A DNA stretch of 64,000 nucleotides from Catajapyx aquilonaris (GCA_000934665.2 KZ538096.1:62001-126000); one strand, 5' to 3'; shown: positions 25,507 to 39,493, counted from the first letter of the stretch. Program-made: numbers and translations. The notes: generated by a model not told the origin, from the letters alone.

Positions 25507-27360
25507 TAATCTGGACATGACACACCTGGTTCCCTTCTGTCTAACCACATCCTAGCCTAATGCACATTTTCTACTATACGGAATTTCTTATATTCAGTAT
25601 TTTGGTTGATCGCCACCTTGGGCACTCTTGCAAGACAAAATCAAGCTTCCATGTCGAAAGGATCCCCGCCTTTTCCTCACACCCTATATGCCTCTATCTC
25701 ATTTTTGTGCATGACATCAACAGCTTCCATTCTCCCACCCCCAAAACCCGATTTATATCACGGAATGCTAACCTTGCTACCGATTCGAAAATGGACTCGG
25801 AATTCCAGTCATGCCTATGATTTAAATTGCATTCGGAACTGGCTTCCCTTGGAAAGTACAGTAGAAGGGTCTCGAAGCTGGGCAACCGAATTTGGTGAAC
25901 GCGAAATTACCCTGTCAGCTTCTCGTCGCCGACTGATCATTCCCCCATCCAAACCTCCCCCAACCTCCCCCAACCCCTATTCTCATTGGCGCATCCTGAT
26001 ACACACAAAAAAATGTAAAAAAGTGCAATTAAGAGTTAGCACCTTATTTGTCACCACCATATTATTTACTGCCGTATGCCTTTGGTGAATTGGTGGATCG
26101 AACAAGTTTGGGGCCCATCCCATCCGGGGTTTCCTTTGATTAGTAGGAATTGGGCGTCCATGTACTTGCCGCTCAACCTACCACAGCTAGGGAAAAAAAC
26201 TGGAGTATATATAGAAGAAAATATGGCTGGTCAAAACAATAGTTGTGTAGTAATTGGGCCTCTTACTATATTTTTTTTCTTATTGAGTCACGCGACGTCA
26301 TAAATTTGTGGGCGGGTTGTCGGGAGGGATCCCTTGTCAGTGGTGTAAAATGTGTTGCAAACCGGGGCTTAAAACACTTATTATGGATAATTAGGCGAGG
26401 GAGGTTCATTGCGAGCTAAATTAATGAGTCTCGATTCCCTTTAATCTTGACGGAATTTGGTGGGCTGAACCTACTCGGAAACCGAGTGCGTGATATTCCT
26501 GCTCTACACATGCGATGTCCAGGTAGTTATCGTTCCATCATTTCCGCAGCAACCGACGTATACCCTCAGAATGTGTACAGGGTGTGGCACCTACCCGTAA
26601 TTTCATAAAAAAATCGAAATATCGATACACACTGTATCGGCTGAAAAGTCGCGGACCCCTTGCCATGGCTTAAGAAGCATAAAATTAAAAATTTTCATTG
26701 TTGAGGCACCTTCGAAGACGACATAGCCAGAGGCTATGCGTTGGTAGTCAGGAGAAAAGAAAGGGGAAAAAATAGGATGAGATACGATGATTTACAAGGC
26801 GGCTCCGGACTTTGGGGTGACACGGCGCCACAGGTGTGCCCGCCTCATTTGCATACAGGCCCGTACTGGATGCTTCCCATGCTCCCTAACCCGAGTCTTT
26901 TTTGGCTCCTGACTCACAACCGGAATTTTCAGATCAACTGTGCTTTACGCTCACTAAAAATACTGTTTATTATTACGTATAGTTTTCATTCAGGTCTTGT
27001 CGGGAGCCATTTTGAATGGTCCGATGTATTTTGGTCTGTAGTGTTGTTCAAACACAACCGGCGCATTAATTAGTATGAAGTTCTGGCAACGGTCGCGTTC
27101 CCACACAGACCTTACACTCATGTACCCATTACTTATTTCCCCATCGTTTGTCAATGTAGAGTAAACAGGTGTCGCACCGTCACTTATTACTGTAACCAAC
27201 AGTTGCGCTTTCCATTTATTTGTTGGGCCTCTCATATTAATAACTCGACTTGTTGCCACATACTAATGCACGGGGCTATGCGTTTCAAAATTATAGTACG
27301 CAAGGTGTACAGGTACATATACTGTAGAATATAATTACGCCATGTATACTACTAAAAATA

Positions 27361-27568
27361 CATGGTGTCCCAAGTATATTAGTCATTTTAGTTATAAGAA
27401 ATTTCGCTTAAAGCTGTTTTTTTGTAGCTTATTGTGCCCCTATTCTATAGCCACTGCTACATTCGACCACCTGATAGTATACCGAGGCACCTGGATCAGG
27501 GCACAACAAGCAACAAAAAATAACTATCAGCGATAACTAAAAACGACCCACGAACTTGGAACACCCTG
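27361..27568. mobile_element. Tc1/mariner-type MITE family M1
   Basis: TA|CATGGTGTCCCAAGT ... ACTTGGAACACCCTG|TA; the internal sequence is the reverse complement of 60779-61021. Confidence 0.82.
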
Positions 27569-27572
27569 TATA

Positions 27573-27766
27573 CAGGGTGGACCAACTTCAAGTGTCGTTT
27601 TATAACGACTATTAATAGAAGCGCTTTACGATTGGCGTAGCAGCGACGAAAATGTCCCACTTCGATGGCGCCGAGGTGGGACATTTTACACGTCGCTGCT
27701 ACGTCATCGCAAAATCACTGCTATTAATCGCCGTTATAAAACGACACTTGAAGTTGGTCCACCCTG
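27573..27766. mobile_element. Palindromic Tc1/mariner-type MITE (M2)
   Basis: TA|CAGGGTGGACCAACTTCAAGTGTCGTTTTATAACG ... reverse complement ...CACCCTG|TA; almost wholly palindromic; directly abuts M1. Confidence 0.9.
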
Positions 27767-29870
27767 TATATCATACAGATTCGCAACAATGCAAGGTAAT
27801 ATATAGCCAACTGTCTTATCATCCTGCCCGCTATGCAACACACCATTAATGCATTTCACCCGATTGTATAATATCTGTAAATGAATAGTCATGGCGCCAT
27901 TCCGACTTAGCAGGGCCCATTATTTCACCATTTGTACGACGGAATGCAGTGGGGCCCTGGGTGCCCATGGCAGAGGTTCAAACCTCACACAGGGGCGTAG
28001 GGGACACTTGTGCATATACAGATAAAGGTGACAAATGGCAATCTCTTCTCTCCTATAAATACTCCACAATTGCAGGTATTTATAGTCCGGAGCAGGCAAC
28101 GAGTGTAAAACAGCGGTAATAGCCATTATGAGGGATTGGCGGCGAGAGGGCCAAGCTTGTAGTTGGCAACTCATTCCTGCATAATTATATACCCGTGACC
28201 GGATAATAGAGTTGGTGGACTGTGGCCACGTATTCGGTCCAGGCAGGATTGCACACAAAACCATCTGAGTTTAGGCCAGAGGGAGACTAGGAAGTTGGAG
28301 GGGGGAGGGGGGGGGGGCTGACAAATCGCCAAGTATGAACTCCTGACGCTGAGCCATATTCTCCTAGTGTCGGAATGTCATTTATAAAGGCAGCTGGCAA
28401 AGTGGCGGCAATTCCTTTCCCATTCTTCAGGGAAAGGGGGGCAACCCCCTAGCGCCATAAGCGCACCAATGGCAATATTTTGCACGTGGCGCCGGCGCCA
28501 AAAGTACACCGCTTTGGCGCCGCGTCAAGATACAGTCAATCACCATGACTTGACACAAAACCCCAAAACCCCAGGTTCCTTTCCCTATCGGCCCCCGTCT
28601 CTTCTTCGGTTGGATGTGGAAGTTACAAGGGTGGCGGGAAAATTGCGGAGATATCGAGTTGCGTACGTTCAGATTGTGGATGTGTCCTCGAGGGGAAACT
28701 CCGGACATTATCGGGACAGATAAAGCTAGGCGGTTATCGCCATGAGACTTATTCTCGGGATGTTTCCCCAATAGCGTGTCAAAGTCACCTTGATTGACAC
28801 AATATTATCTTAATCGACTTGGAAGACGGGGACCGGAAAGTGTGTTATTTGCGTGTAGTCGATGTGAACCTGTGTCTCGTCAGTTTTGTGACATCACTCT
28901 GCTTCTGGCAAACGTTTTAAAACAATTCCTTCATCTATTCGCGGTATTGTAAGTAAATGAATCTATCTATATACGCGATCTCCAAAATTACAAAAAGAGT
29001 CTACTAATTATAAATTGTGTGGAGATAGATTTGCATATTTTATCAGAAACGTTGCAGAGGTTAGTCAAAAGTTACAGAGGATAAAAAATCAAATCGGCTA
29101 CCGAATCCCTTTAAATCGCAGGAGAATCTTTATTTGGGAATGAATAGGGCTATTTATTACGGTTGGGAAGCCACATGATGCGCACGGGTAATGAACACAA
29201 AATACTAGACTCGTGGGACCACTAAATAGCCTAGTGCATAAGAGCACATAATACGTGCTGAGCGGCGAAATGACGAAAGCGCAACCTTGACCTTGGCCCC
29301 TTGTGGTTCCCATTATACCTCCTGAGAGCTATGATCACAGGTATTCCAGGTATTGGAAGTGACACGAAAATAAATGGTCTTGCGTTCTTCTAAATTCTTA
29401 TAATAAATACAGTATGTATAGTAAGCATTTCATGGCGTATGATATGTAAATATTGGGTATAAAACTGGTTTTGTCCTCTAACAGGGTAACGTAAATAAAA
29501 TAAAAACAGGGTAAAAATAATACAGATATTAAATGCGTAAGTAATATTGATTAAAAGTTTTCAAGATTATAAAGGTCTGTCTTTCTGGAATATGTGGCCA
29601 TCTGATGCCCCTCATATTCTTTACATCCAGCATGTGCTTTTTTCACTTCAAATCTGTATAGCTGGTTTTTTTCTAGGTGAAAAAATAGTTTACGCTGAAA
29701 TTGTATATTAATGAACATATCAGTTTCATATCTAGTGTCCTTTTACTCATACCATTTACATTTATGCATTAATAATAATTCATACCCCGTTATCAGACAT
29801 CGGCTATTTAGGGGGGAAGTTTGTTTTGGCTGGAACTCTTTGCTTTTCATTTTACTGTGCTCTTTGGGAT

Positions 29871-30052
29871 AGGATAGGGACGGAAGGAAGCGGCTGTGGC
29901 CTATTAATTACGGAAGCAACTCCGGAATTTTCCAGGAAGGACCGTGGGAAACCACAGAAAACCACGGTCAGAGTTGCCGGCCCCGGGATTTGATCCCAGG
30001 ACCTCCCGATTAGCAGTCGAACACCTTATCCACTCCTCCAAACTGCTTCGGT
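29871..30052 (-). mobile_element. SINE family A (copy 5, lacking tail, diverged)
   Basis: GGAAGGAAGCGGCTGTGGCCTATT...AAACCACAGAAAACCACGGTC...GATTAGCAGTCG...CTGCTTCGG matches the other copies. Confidence 0.85.
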
Positions 30053-31251
30053 AACATTTATGCATTACAAACCACAGTGAACATTCTGATTCACCCTGTA
30101 CATGCACGTGGGCGAATTATTTGCACTTTGCTTAAGCCGCTCAGATAGAAACGGAAGTAAAATAAACACCTCCTCAAAAACCACCTTTGGGAGGAAGCAA
30201 ACTTAGAAGGTGATTAAGGAGTCGGCCCTGAGAAACTTGAGATCCCATTCGGGCCATTAAGGAGTCTACAACTCTAATCACCCGAATCCACCTAATTAAA
30301 GTGCTCTTCTGTACACCCACTTTCAAAAAATATGAACCTTTAAAAAAATACAAAAATTTTTAAAAAAATTTACCATATCTTCCCGCCATAAATTCAACCA
30401 TAGTTAGTGGCCAACCTTACACTTAATCCAAATTCGTTTCGCACAACTACTCCGTCACATCTGGTTAAAGACCCTACGGGGCTGAGGTGTGAAATTGTTT
30501 AATTACCACTTGGGAGGTGCATCACCGCCCAGAAAACCATTTGCGTTTGTAAGAAACCAGTCAAGGGCAATTTTTTACCAATTTTAATCAGGAATTATGG
30601 TCCATCCAAAAAAAGAGGGGTTGAGCCAACATATCCTTTTCTTAAGGTGTTTTAGAAGACAGGAGGTTAAACGCACATGCTGGGATTTTTTTTTCTTTTT
30701 TCTTTTTGGAAAAGAATCGGACCCATTGATTTATGCGCTCCATGTGTAATCTCTCCTATTTTTCATATGCTGTCTGGACGACTGGCCGGCCCACCACTTT
30801 TGCCACGGGCCCACGGACTTTGGAATTCTATTGGACATTTGCCTCTATTTTTCACTTGCCAAAGGGCTGATGGTAGGTATGGGGGGATAAGCTCTTCCAG
30901 TTTCTGGTCTTTGCAGGCAGCCACGTGTGTGGAGGAAGGAGAAACTGCTTTTTGTGGGTGGAGATGGTGGCAAATTGGAGTTTGGTTCTGATTTGAGATA
31001 ACTAGTTTGTCATTTGTGTGTGATTAGAGCTACTTGACACCTCATGCCGATTGTTCCAATGAGCAACTCTTAAGAATATTGCTAAAATGCGGATAGCATA
31101 ATTATGAAAAGTCCCGATTAGCGATAGAGTAGGCCTACCCACATCCTATCTTCTCAAAAAAAGGCATGTCCTAAACATTGCGACCTCTGTAGTTAAGCCA
31201 TGCATGGTAGGAATTCAAGAGAGCATTTCTTTTGTACTGCACAATACCCAC

Positions 31252-31310
31252 TGATCTGATTGGTGGAGCAGAGGCCCCCCCCCCCACCCTATGCTCCACC
31301 AATCAGATCA
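31252..31310. repeat. Perfect 19-bp inverted repeat around a poly-C spacer
   Basis: TGATCTGATTGGTGGAGCA / TGCTCCACCAATCAGATCA. Confidence 0.85.
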
Positions 31311-31357
31311 CTTAGGGTCGCCTAATCCATTTTTTGAGAAGCCGAGACAACAAAGCC

Positions 31358-31987
31358 GAGCTAACTCCAGTGAGAGGAAAAAAGGACTTGTGCACTTCTT
31401 GCAGTGACCCATCGGAAAGCATAGAAGGGACCATCACACATGCATGGAATTTTCAGGGAAGTTGCAGCCGGCGATTCAACACCAATCCACGTTGACACGA
31501 TACTTGTCGGACATGTAGGTACTGCACAGCACACGTTTGTAGGGACTCCCTCCCCACGAAGCCCTCTTGGAGTTGTTTCGGTTGTCTCTTCCAAGAGCGT
31601 GTGGAATACAAAAGTAAGCTAACTCCAATGGATTAAATCCATTGAAGTTTGCTTACTTCTCTTGTAAGTTGTAACACTCTCTTGGAAGATAAAACCGAAA
31701 CAACTCCCCTCGAAATCCATTGGAGTTAGCTTACTTTGTTCACACGCGCTTGGAAGAGAAAACCGAAACAACTCCAAGAGGGCTTCGTGGGTAGGGGGTC
31801 ACTATACAAACGTGTGCGGTGCAATACCTACATGTCCGACAAGTATAGTTTCAACGTGGATGGGTGTTGCATCGCCGGCTGCAACTGCCCTGAAAATTCC
31901 ATGTATGTGTGATGGTCCCTTCTATGCTTTCCGAGGGGTCAGTGCAAGAAGTGCACAAGTCCTTTTTTCCCTCACTGGAGTTAGCTC
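31358..31987. mobile_element. Foldback element with ~275-bp inverted arms
   Basis: 31358-31634 is the diverged reverse complement of 31714-31987; each arm is bounded by GCTAACTCCA; the spacer contains partial arm copies. Confidence 0.85.
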
Positions 31988-32910
31988 AGTTTTGTTTTCC
32001 GTGGTTCAGTTATACTGTGGGTACTGTAGATACTAATAATGATGCATATGCAATCGAATATTTAGCCAAATATCAATGAATGGTGTAACTAATTCCATTC
32101 CTTATTCCCTTTCAGAACATCGGTACCGGTACCAACCACTGACGCCGTCTGGTCAGCAGGAAACCCCGTGCAAGTCAACTTCCAAGAAAAAAAAGCACCG
32201 GTATATATTAGTTTCCTATTCACACTCAAAAAACGGCACAGTACCCATAAACAGCACGACCCAGTTTTGTCGAGGTCGTCTTAGATGTCGTAAAGGTGAC
32301 TTCCATGCCATAACCCCCCACAGTAAAAAATATAGAAAAAAATGCTATAACCTTTCCAAAGTGCCACATTTTCCACACGTCCATTCCGCACTCCCACCTC
32401 CTCTGTAAAACCCATTAATTCCCGCCAACCTAGCAGGATTGTCACACTCGTACCCCCCTCTTCAAAAAAACGGGGGGAAAAGAGCCAAAAAAAAAAACAA
32501 AAACTTGTGGACCCCCGTCCCACGCATGCAACAAAATTGATGGTGGAATGATGCAGGAGTAGTGCAAGTGACGTAGGCATGAGCCGCCCAGCAAGTGGGC
32601 CCTTCCAAGGTGTCATTGGAGCCGTCAAGGAGCCTGACAAATCTAGGGGAATCTAGTTCCATTTGTTGGGTGCCCACCAGGGGTCACGACACCGGCCCCC
32701 CTGAAGGGTCATCTTCATAAACCGTATATGTGCCATGCGGTCGGGCTACGGAAAAAAAATTGCAATTGACATACTTCACATCAAGGACACTCATTCATAT
32801 TGATAGAGGTCGAATCAGCACACGATTCATTTGAGTAAACAGGGGCGTGCGTCGGTTCCTGCCGCGCTTATTTGATCACTTGCCAATACCGTGGAATATT
32901 GCATTTGCTT

Positions 32911-33141
32911 GGTATATCCAACTGGGGTGAATCGACACAGGGTATATCCGCACATGGTATATCCACATGGAGTATATCTGCACATGGTATATCCACGTGG
33001 AGTATACCCGCACATGGTATATCCCCATGGGGTATACCCGCACATGGTATATCCACGTTGGGTATATCCACGCAGGGTATATCCATGCACGCATGGTATA
33101 TGTATTCACACAGGGTATATCTAACCGGGGTATATCCATGG
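32911..33141. repeat. 15-bp minisatellite with 30-bp higher-order alternation
   Basis: About 15 units alternating GGTATATCCACATGG-like and GGTATACCCGCACAT-like sequences. Confidence 0.9.
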
Positions 33142-35010
33142 AGCAAAAGTTGACAGTGAGTGGATATGTAAAACGGGAAAATGATTGGAAAAGTGAAAAT
33201 CCCTGGGCCTTGTCGTTGTTGCAGTTCATTCGTCTCTTCCCATTTGGATGGTCGGGGGGGTTGGTAGGGGAGAAGCGATTGTAAATTGAAAACTACCTCG
33301 CCCGCCCTTATTGCTCCATGGAGCCTGTCGTTCAATTTAAAGCCAGACTTTCGCCCACAGGGAGGAATCCCTAAATCGATTGCCGCCAGCCAACAATGCC
33401 AAACTATAAATGCATGGTGGGGGGAGGAGGTGGCGAGTTGGAGAGGGAAGGAGGGGGGGTATGAAAAGCGAAATCCCTCGTCGAGCTTTCGTCACCAGAT
33501 CGAATCGGAATTATTCAACGCTTAACACAACTTTCGGCAACTCATCCCATTTTTATTTTTTTAAAGCAAAGAAGTTGTTAAAACAATGAAATTTTCTGCT
33601 TGTTTCAGAGTGTACCGTATGGGGGCGACCTGGTCGTCCGGACCATCATGGCGGATATTTCCAAAGAGGAAGTTAACTCTATCTGCCGGTTGAGTGAAAG
33701 GACCTCTCGTCGCCCTCTCCACAGCCTCCGACTTGTCAGTCTTCATGAGTGTCAGTGATCGCCTCCTATAAGCCATCTGCTATTTCCAAGAGGATTTGCC
33801 CAGAATTCTGTGCATGACTCAACACCAGGCTCCACGCTTAAAGTGGGATTATGTCACGGCCTCGCATATTTGGCCTCCCTCAGAACCAAAGGGGGGTGAA
33901 AACCCAGTTGTATTTTTGTGCCATGAATAAATTCCACATTGTATTTCATGCATTTCCCTATAGATACATTGCTCTTCTTTTTCCGCGTGGTCAATCATTC
34001 AGGGGGGTGTTTATAGCTCGATGAGTGAAAAGCTCTCGTAAAATGTTCACCATAATCGACATATTAATACCGTTGTTTCAGTGTAATTGCTAAAATGGAT
34101 TGCGCATATGATCCTGCAAATTGGATATATCCAGCTTGTCTTCCTCAAGCTGTTTGGTGTTCCGCAACAAAAGAATCACGCCAGTTGATAAGACAGCTTG
34201 TCACTATTCGCATGTCATGATGAATGGGATGATGGGTTTGCAATGAAATTGACGTCAATGACGTGTTGGTATGCTGCCACATGTGAATAGGACTGCCCAC
34301 CTATGTCTCTCCACATGTCTCGTGCTTACACAATGGGGTTGCATTCTTAACTAAATCGGATTAGAATCGTCTTGAATGGCATTTTGGTGCCGGTGTGTCG
34401 TCTTGGCTTGAGATTTGGCCTGATACATTGAGTCGGTTAAATATTCTGAGTAGAGTGGTCACCTCCAAAGGTCACCTGTAATGGATGATGATTTTTTTGG
34501 TCCGGCTTTAATTTCGTTACAGTGTAGAAATAACTGAATATTTGACCACTCGAATTGACCTTGTGTATTACCGTGGAAGAATTGCTGATGGAGGTGTCAT
34601 TATGCATGCCGCATTACGGCAATGTGACCAGTGACCATAATACAAGTATGCAGCACTTTGTTACGTAATAACCCCTTGCTGAATGAAGTGAGTTAATATA
34701 TTTAACTATCACAATAAAAGTCTAACATTATGAAATTTTGGGAAATTATTTCTTTCTCTTATATTGATACAAGGTGCAATATAAAATATCACAGGTCTAG
34801 CGCACTGTATTGAATATTTTTAGTCCACGTCTTGCACATTTAGCAAAAGTTTCCATTTTAATAATGAAGTGTAACACTATCCGAAGTTCTATGTAATCGA
34901 AAAATTACGTACCTATCGTATTGAATTGCGGATTACAGCAAACACCACAGATGCTGCAATTAAAATGTGAATATAAAAATAATAGCGGCATGTTTAATGT
35001 GTGAAGGTCT

Positions 35011-35056
35011 TAATAATAATAATAATAATAACAATAACAATAATAATAGTAATAAT
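35011..35056. repeat. Imperfect (TAA)n microsatellite
   Basis: Directly visible. Confidence 0.85.
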
Positions 35057-36471
35057 TATTCCACATACCTGTGATGTAAGGTAGATCATTTATACGTAGA
35101 TGTAACAACATGTTATACAGGATTCTCCAACTTAATGTCAGTCTTTTAGCGATTCTTGCATTAATCTGCATATTTTAAGTAGTTAGTTTGAAATAGTTAT
35201 TTTAAGTGGTCACCAAAAATATCGGCTGCCAATATTAGGTTGCATACAGTTTACATCTCATGTAGTCAAGATTTGATGAGAAATAATAGAAGAATAGTTA
35301 TATTATTTTGAGAGTACGCCTTCAAAGAATCTCATGCTAAAGGGATGCACTTCGGCCTTTCCATTTTAACATGACAATATTTCGTCCTAATAACCCATAC
35401 TAAATAGTAAACTCATTGACCCCAACTTTTATCTCATTCTTCTTGCTTAGGCCATATAGCCTTTACATATTAACACATTCATCATACACCATGCTTTGAA
35501 GAGTTTCTAATAATTGTCTCGCATCGACTGATGAAAGCACAGGCACGTTCTGAATTCAAAATCTTCAAATGTGAACGCACTGTACGGAGACTGTTATAAA
35601 TCAATGTGCTTGAATCACTTTTGCATGAACCACATGAGGGGCCTGGGAGATGGAGTCGAGGTTGTCGTTAAGGACCGTGACATGAGGGGAGGGACGAACT
35701 GCTATGCAAAGATGAAGGGAGTTTCTCCCCCTCATGACCTCCCGTCCTACAAGCTCATATAGATAGAATTCTCTAACCTTGGTCATACGTCACGGGCGTG
35801 GGTGACATCTTTCAGAGCCCAGATAGAGGTATAAGACCAGGCTCTGACGTCACGTGAAGTCATGCCTCACTTTAAGTCACTTTAAAATTATCATGTGTAC
35901 ATTTCAGCTGAAAATTTTTAATTATTTCCTTGCTACCAACAAACATTATTTTGCAAATTAATTGCAGTTTAATATTAAGTGTGTGTAGGAGGGGAAAGAA
36001 TACGAACAAACTTTCTCAATAATTATTTTGTTTACTAATAGCATCTCTTACCAAGGGTGCCTCCCAATTAACAACGGTAGGTTAAGGGATATTTTTCCAT
36101 TTGAAGTACTTCTCAAATTTTTTGAATACGGTTAGTTGTTTTCACTTCAAACAGCTAGCATAAAAATTCCGTCTTGCCTTTCAGATCTGGGATTTTCTAC
36201 AAGTATTCATCACAGAAAGGAGACGGGTCAATCGATATTTGAAGCAAATAGGCGCAATGTTGTGCTGTAACTGGTTTAAAATTCATTCTCGGCAAATATT
36301 GAACATTAATGCTCCAGTATTAAAGTAATGCCTCTTTAAATATATTGACTACGTCGTTTTTCCCGCCAAAAGGAAATAAGGAGTCGACGAGTAGTATAGA
36401 TACATACGCAAAAGTAAGAAAAGCTATGAGTAATAATGAAGATTTCAATAATAACGATAGAATCAACAAAT

Positions 36472-36743
36472 AGTCGGAGGCATGGTGGTCTACTGGTTAC
36501 GCCACTGGCCAGCCAAGCGGGAGGCCGGGGTTCAAATCCCGTCCCCGTCACCTTTGCTTCGCCGGGTCTTTTTCCGCTTTTCACCCGACATGCCGGGGCC
36601 GAATTGCACTCCCTACTCTGCCCAGGGCCAGGAGAAAAGGCCTGGTGTTTTTAAAAATGTCAGAAATGACTATCGCACAGCGCCCTCCCTTGGGAACCTC
36701 CCTTAAGAGGGCCTCGGGCCCTACCACGGGATATTTTTAAAAA
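36472..36743 (+). mobile_element. tRNA-derived SINE, family C
   Basis: A box TGGTCTACTGG, B box GGTTCAAATCC, A-rich tail and 11-bp TSD AATCAACAAAT (36461-36471 / 36744-36754). Confidence 0.8.
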
Positions 36744-39418
36744 AATCAACAAATTGTCTTCAGATCTTAGGTATATACTGTACGTAGGGTTCAGTATTAT
36801 TCGCGACTACTTAGAACCAATTACCCGCGGATAACTGGAACTCACTGCATATTGTTGCTTCAGCTCTTATGCCCAGCTTTAACAAATAATTTATTTGTGT
36901 AACGACACATAAGAAAAATGGTGAGCTGAGCCGGCATTTCTTCCTCTCATACGAGTCCATGTATAAGCCGGCTAAAGTAGAACTGAAGCGATAGGCCCTT
37001 GCAAAGGAACATATTCAAGTAGCAAGGTCTGGGATCAGTGACAGAGAGAAAAATGGGAGTCAACCCCCTGTTTTAATGGCGACCGAAGCTACACCCTGGT
37101 ATAATGACTGGCTTTTTGTTGCTCAGAGATGAACTTTGAGCACAACAAGCTTTCCAAGTGAGCAATTAGTCACCATCGCACGTCCAAATTTTCTCTCATT
37201 AAACGTGAAAATGTGCAAAGGAGCTAGGGAGAGAAGGAAATGATGGTTTCCTGTTTAGAGATCTTTGAGGGCCCAACTGGGGGATTTCTAATTACCGCTT
37301 GTCAACTTTCCGGTTGGTCCCATGCTATAATATCGGCTAATATCAGGACGAGCCGCTGAGATGACAAAAGCTGGGTGGGGAGAGGTTGGGGTGGTGGATT
37401 TGGGGAGAAGCCTTGGGAAACCTGCAGGAAAAATTGACAGCGGAGGAGGGGGTATTTCGGAAGCCTTCTTGGCGCCGAGATTGGGAGATTAATCTTTCAG
37501 ATGTGAATCACGGATCGTCTCAGCTCAAAGGCTTGTTTTCTCAAGCATTGCCGCCGATTATTTGCCAGCCTGGATATTCCTGATATTGGGATGCATGCTT
37601 CAAATGCAGAAAAATTGGGAGCGCAATTCAGGTTTGTTGCTTAGACTATTTTTGTACCCGTATTGTACCATATTATCCAAGAATTTATAAGAGGCTGTAA
37701 ATTATCACTCCAGAAATCTCACTTGACCATCATGGATCAGTAAAAAGTGGCAAAATTCTTGACCTAGGGTCGTTTTGTCTTTCAAGTCTTCCCTTGCAAA
37801 TAGCCCTTTCAAAGCATATAACACGCATGCATTAGCTGCCGATTGGCTATTCTAAAATACATGTTGACCCTATAGCCACAGACCCTGAACTGTGTGTGTT
37901 GTATAAAAAACCAGTTTCACATTCGAATCCAGGAAAGCCGGAAAGGTTGATGCTACCTTGCAAACATATATACAGTAGAGAAGATCACACGTGTTTGTTT
38001 CTCAGTAAACCGCTTGACTTCATATTATGTTTATTCAAATTATGCAAAGCAATAAATTCGGCAATTGCAACAATTTTTTAAAGATTTGCACCCATTTGAA
38101 CCCGGCATTTCATTCTCTTTTCCACAATATATAGAATAACGTTTCTGCGCATCTTGAGAAGAGAAAGGACCCAAGTTGGAACTATGACTCCGTTTTCCAT
38201 TGCACCGCCTTGGTGATGGGCATATGCTTAATTAAATTCCATTCCTTCACGCGGAAACACCTCCGCTATTGACAGCAGCCCCGGATTATTCCCAATGAAA
38301 AGCCGAATGTTGGAAGCTCTTCCAAATTAGACGAGAGGGGAAAACCCTCAAGACGAACTTCTCAGGCCTCTCACAATTATCGATATTATCGATTATTGAT
38401 AAATTTAGTGTTAATTTTTTTCGTAAATATTTCACTTTTGTTATGTGTAGGCGTGTGTAGGTGTGGTTATAATATTCCTAGTCTTGCTATTAGTATAGCT
38501 ACTGGGTTGGTGCAGCATATAGGACCCAACAGCATCAAACAGACAGGCAGAGTGGTGAAGGAAGAAGGTGGAAGGATGATAAATATCTACAAAAACGGGG
38601 GCGGTGAGCATCAAGTATGAACGCTCCCGGACTGCCAAACAGAGTCCCGCGCATTTAAAATTGCTTTCATGAAGTGCCTTTTGTTTCGCCTCCCTAGGTT
38701 TTTCCATATACCCACATCCCCCTGCTTAACTTTTTCCCAAATCAAGAGAGATCGTTCGGAAAACGCTTACTGCTTCAGAGATTGGTTTTGTGGGTTACAT
38801 TTCCTGCCTTGGGTAAGCCCGTGCCGGCAAAACCTCCCGTCATCCATCATTCAACACTTTTTGGTGGGCGCCAAGTCTGCCTTGACGTAATATTACCCTT
38901 CTTGCGCTGCCAATGCGCCTGCTGGCCACAGACCCCTGCCTTTTCTTCCTCATGACTTGTTTCCACACCGCAACTCAGATACATTCCGGTTCAAAAATGG
39001 TGTAGCTAGCCAAAGGGAGCTTGAAAAATTTTTGTCCACAACTTAGGAGTGAATAGACGTTGAGAGGGTTACGTCCTATGGCTTCCTCTTTCCTTTTGTG
39101 CCCCGTCCGCATGGAGCCACGTTGATATTAATCTACATATCACGCCATCCACCTCGATTATGTCCAATTCGAACAAATCGCGGCTGACATTGCATTCAAT
39201 ATCGGAGCTGAGCAAAGCGGAAATAGAGGAATGAAAGTAAGCGACATGATTGCATATTCCTTTTAATATCGTGGCTTAAAAATGAAGTATTTTTGGCCAC
39301 AATCGTAAGTCACAGCAACTTATGTGGTTATTCAGGTTCAAATGAGCTGTTTAAAAAGGGATACAATTTAGAAGTAATATTACCTGACACCTACGTAATT
39401 TATTACTTGCATTATTAT

Positions 39419-39493
39419 GGTAAGTTATTTTTACCGCAGATAGTAATTTTATACGGTAAGTTATTTTTACTGCAGATAGTAATTTTATACGGT
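39419..39493. repeat. 36-bp tandem duplication
   Basis: GGTAAGTTATTTTTAC(C/T)GCAGATAGTAATTTTATAC occurs twice. Confidence 0.9.

Noticed and set aside
32827..33335. Repetitive ORFs in several frames; CRISPR-like periodicity
   Set aside because: Product of a 15-bp minisatellite; no unique spacers, and the context is eukaryotic.
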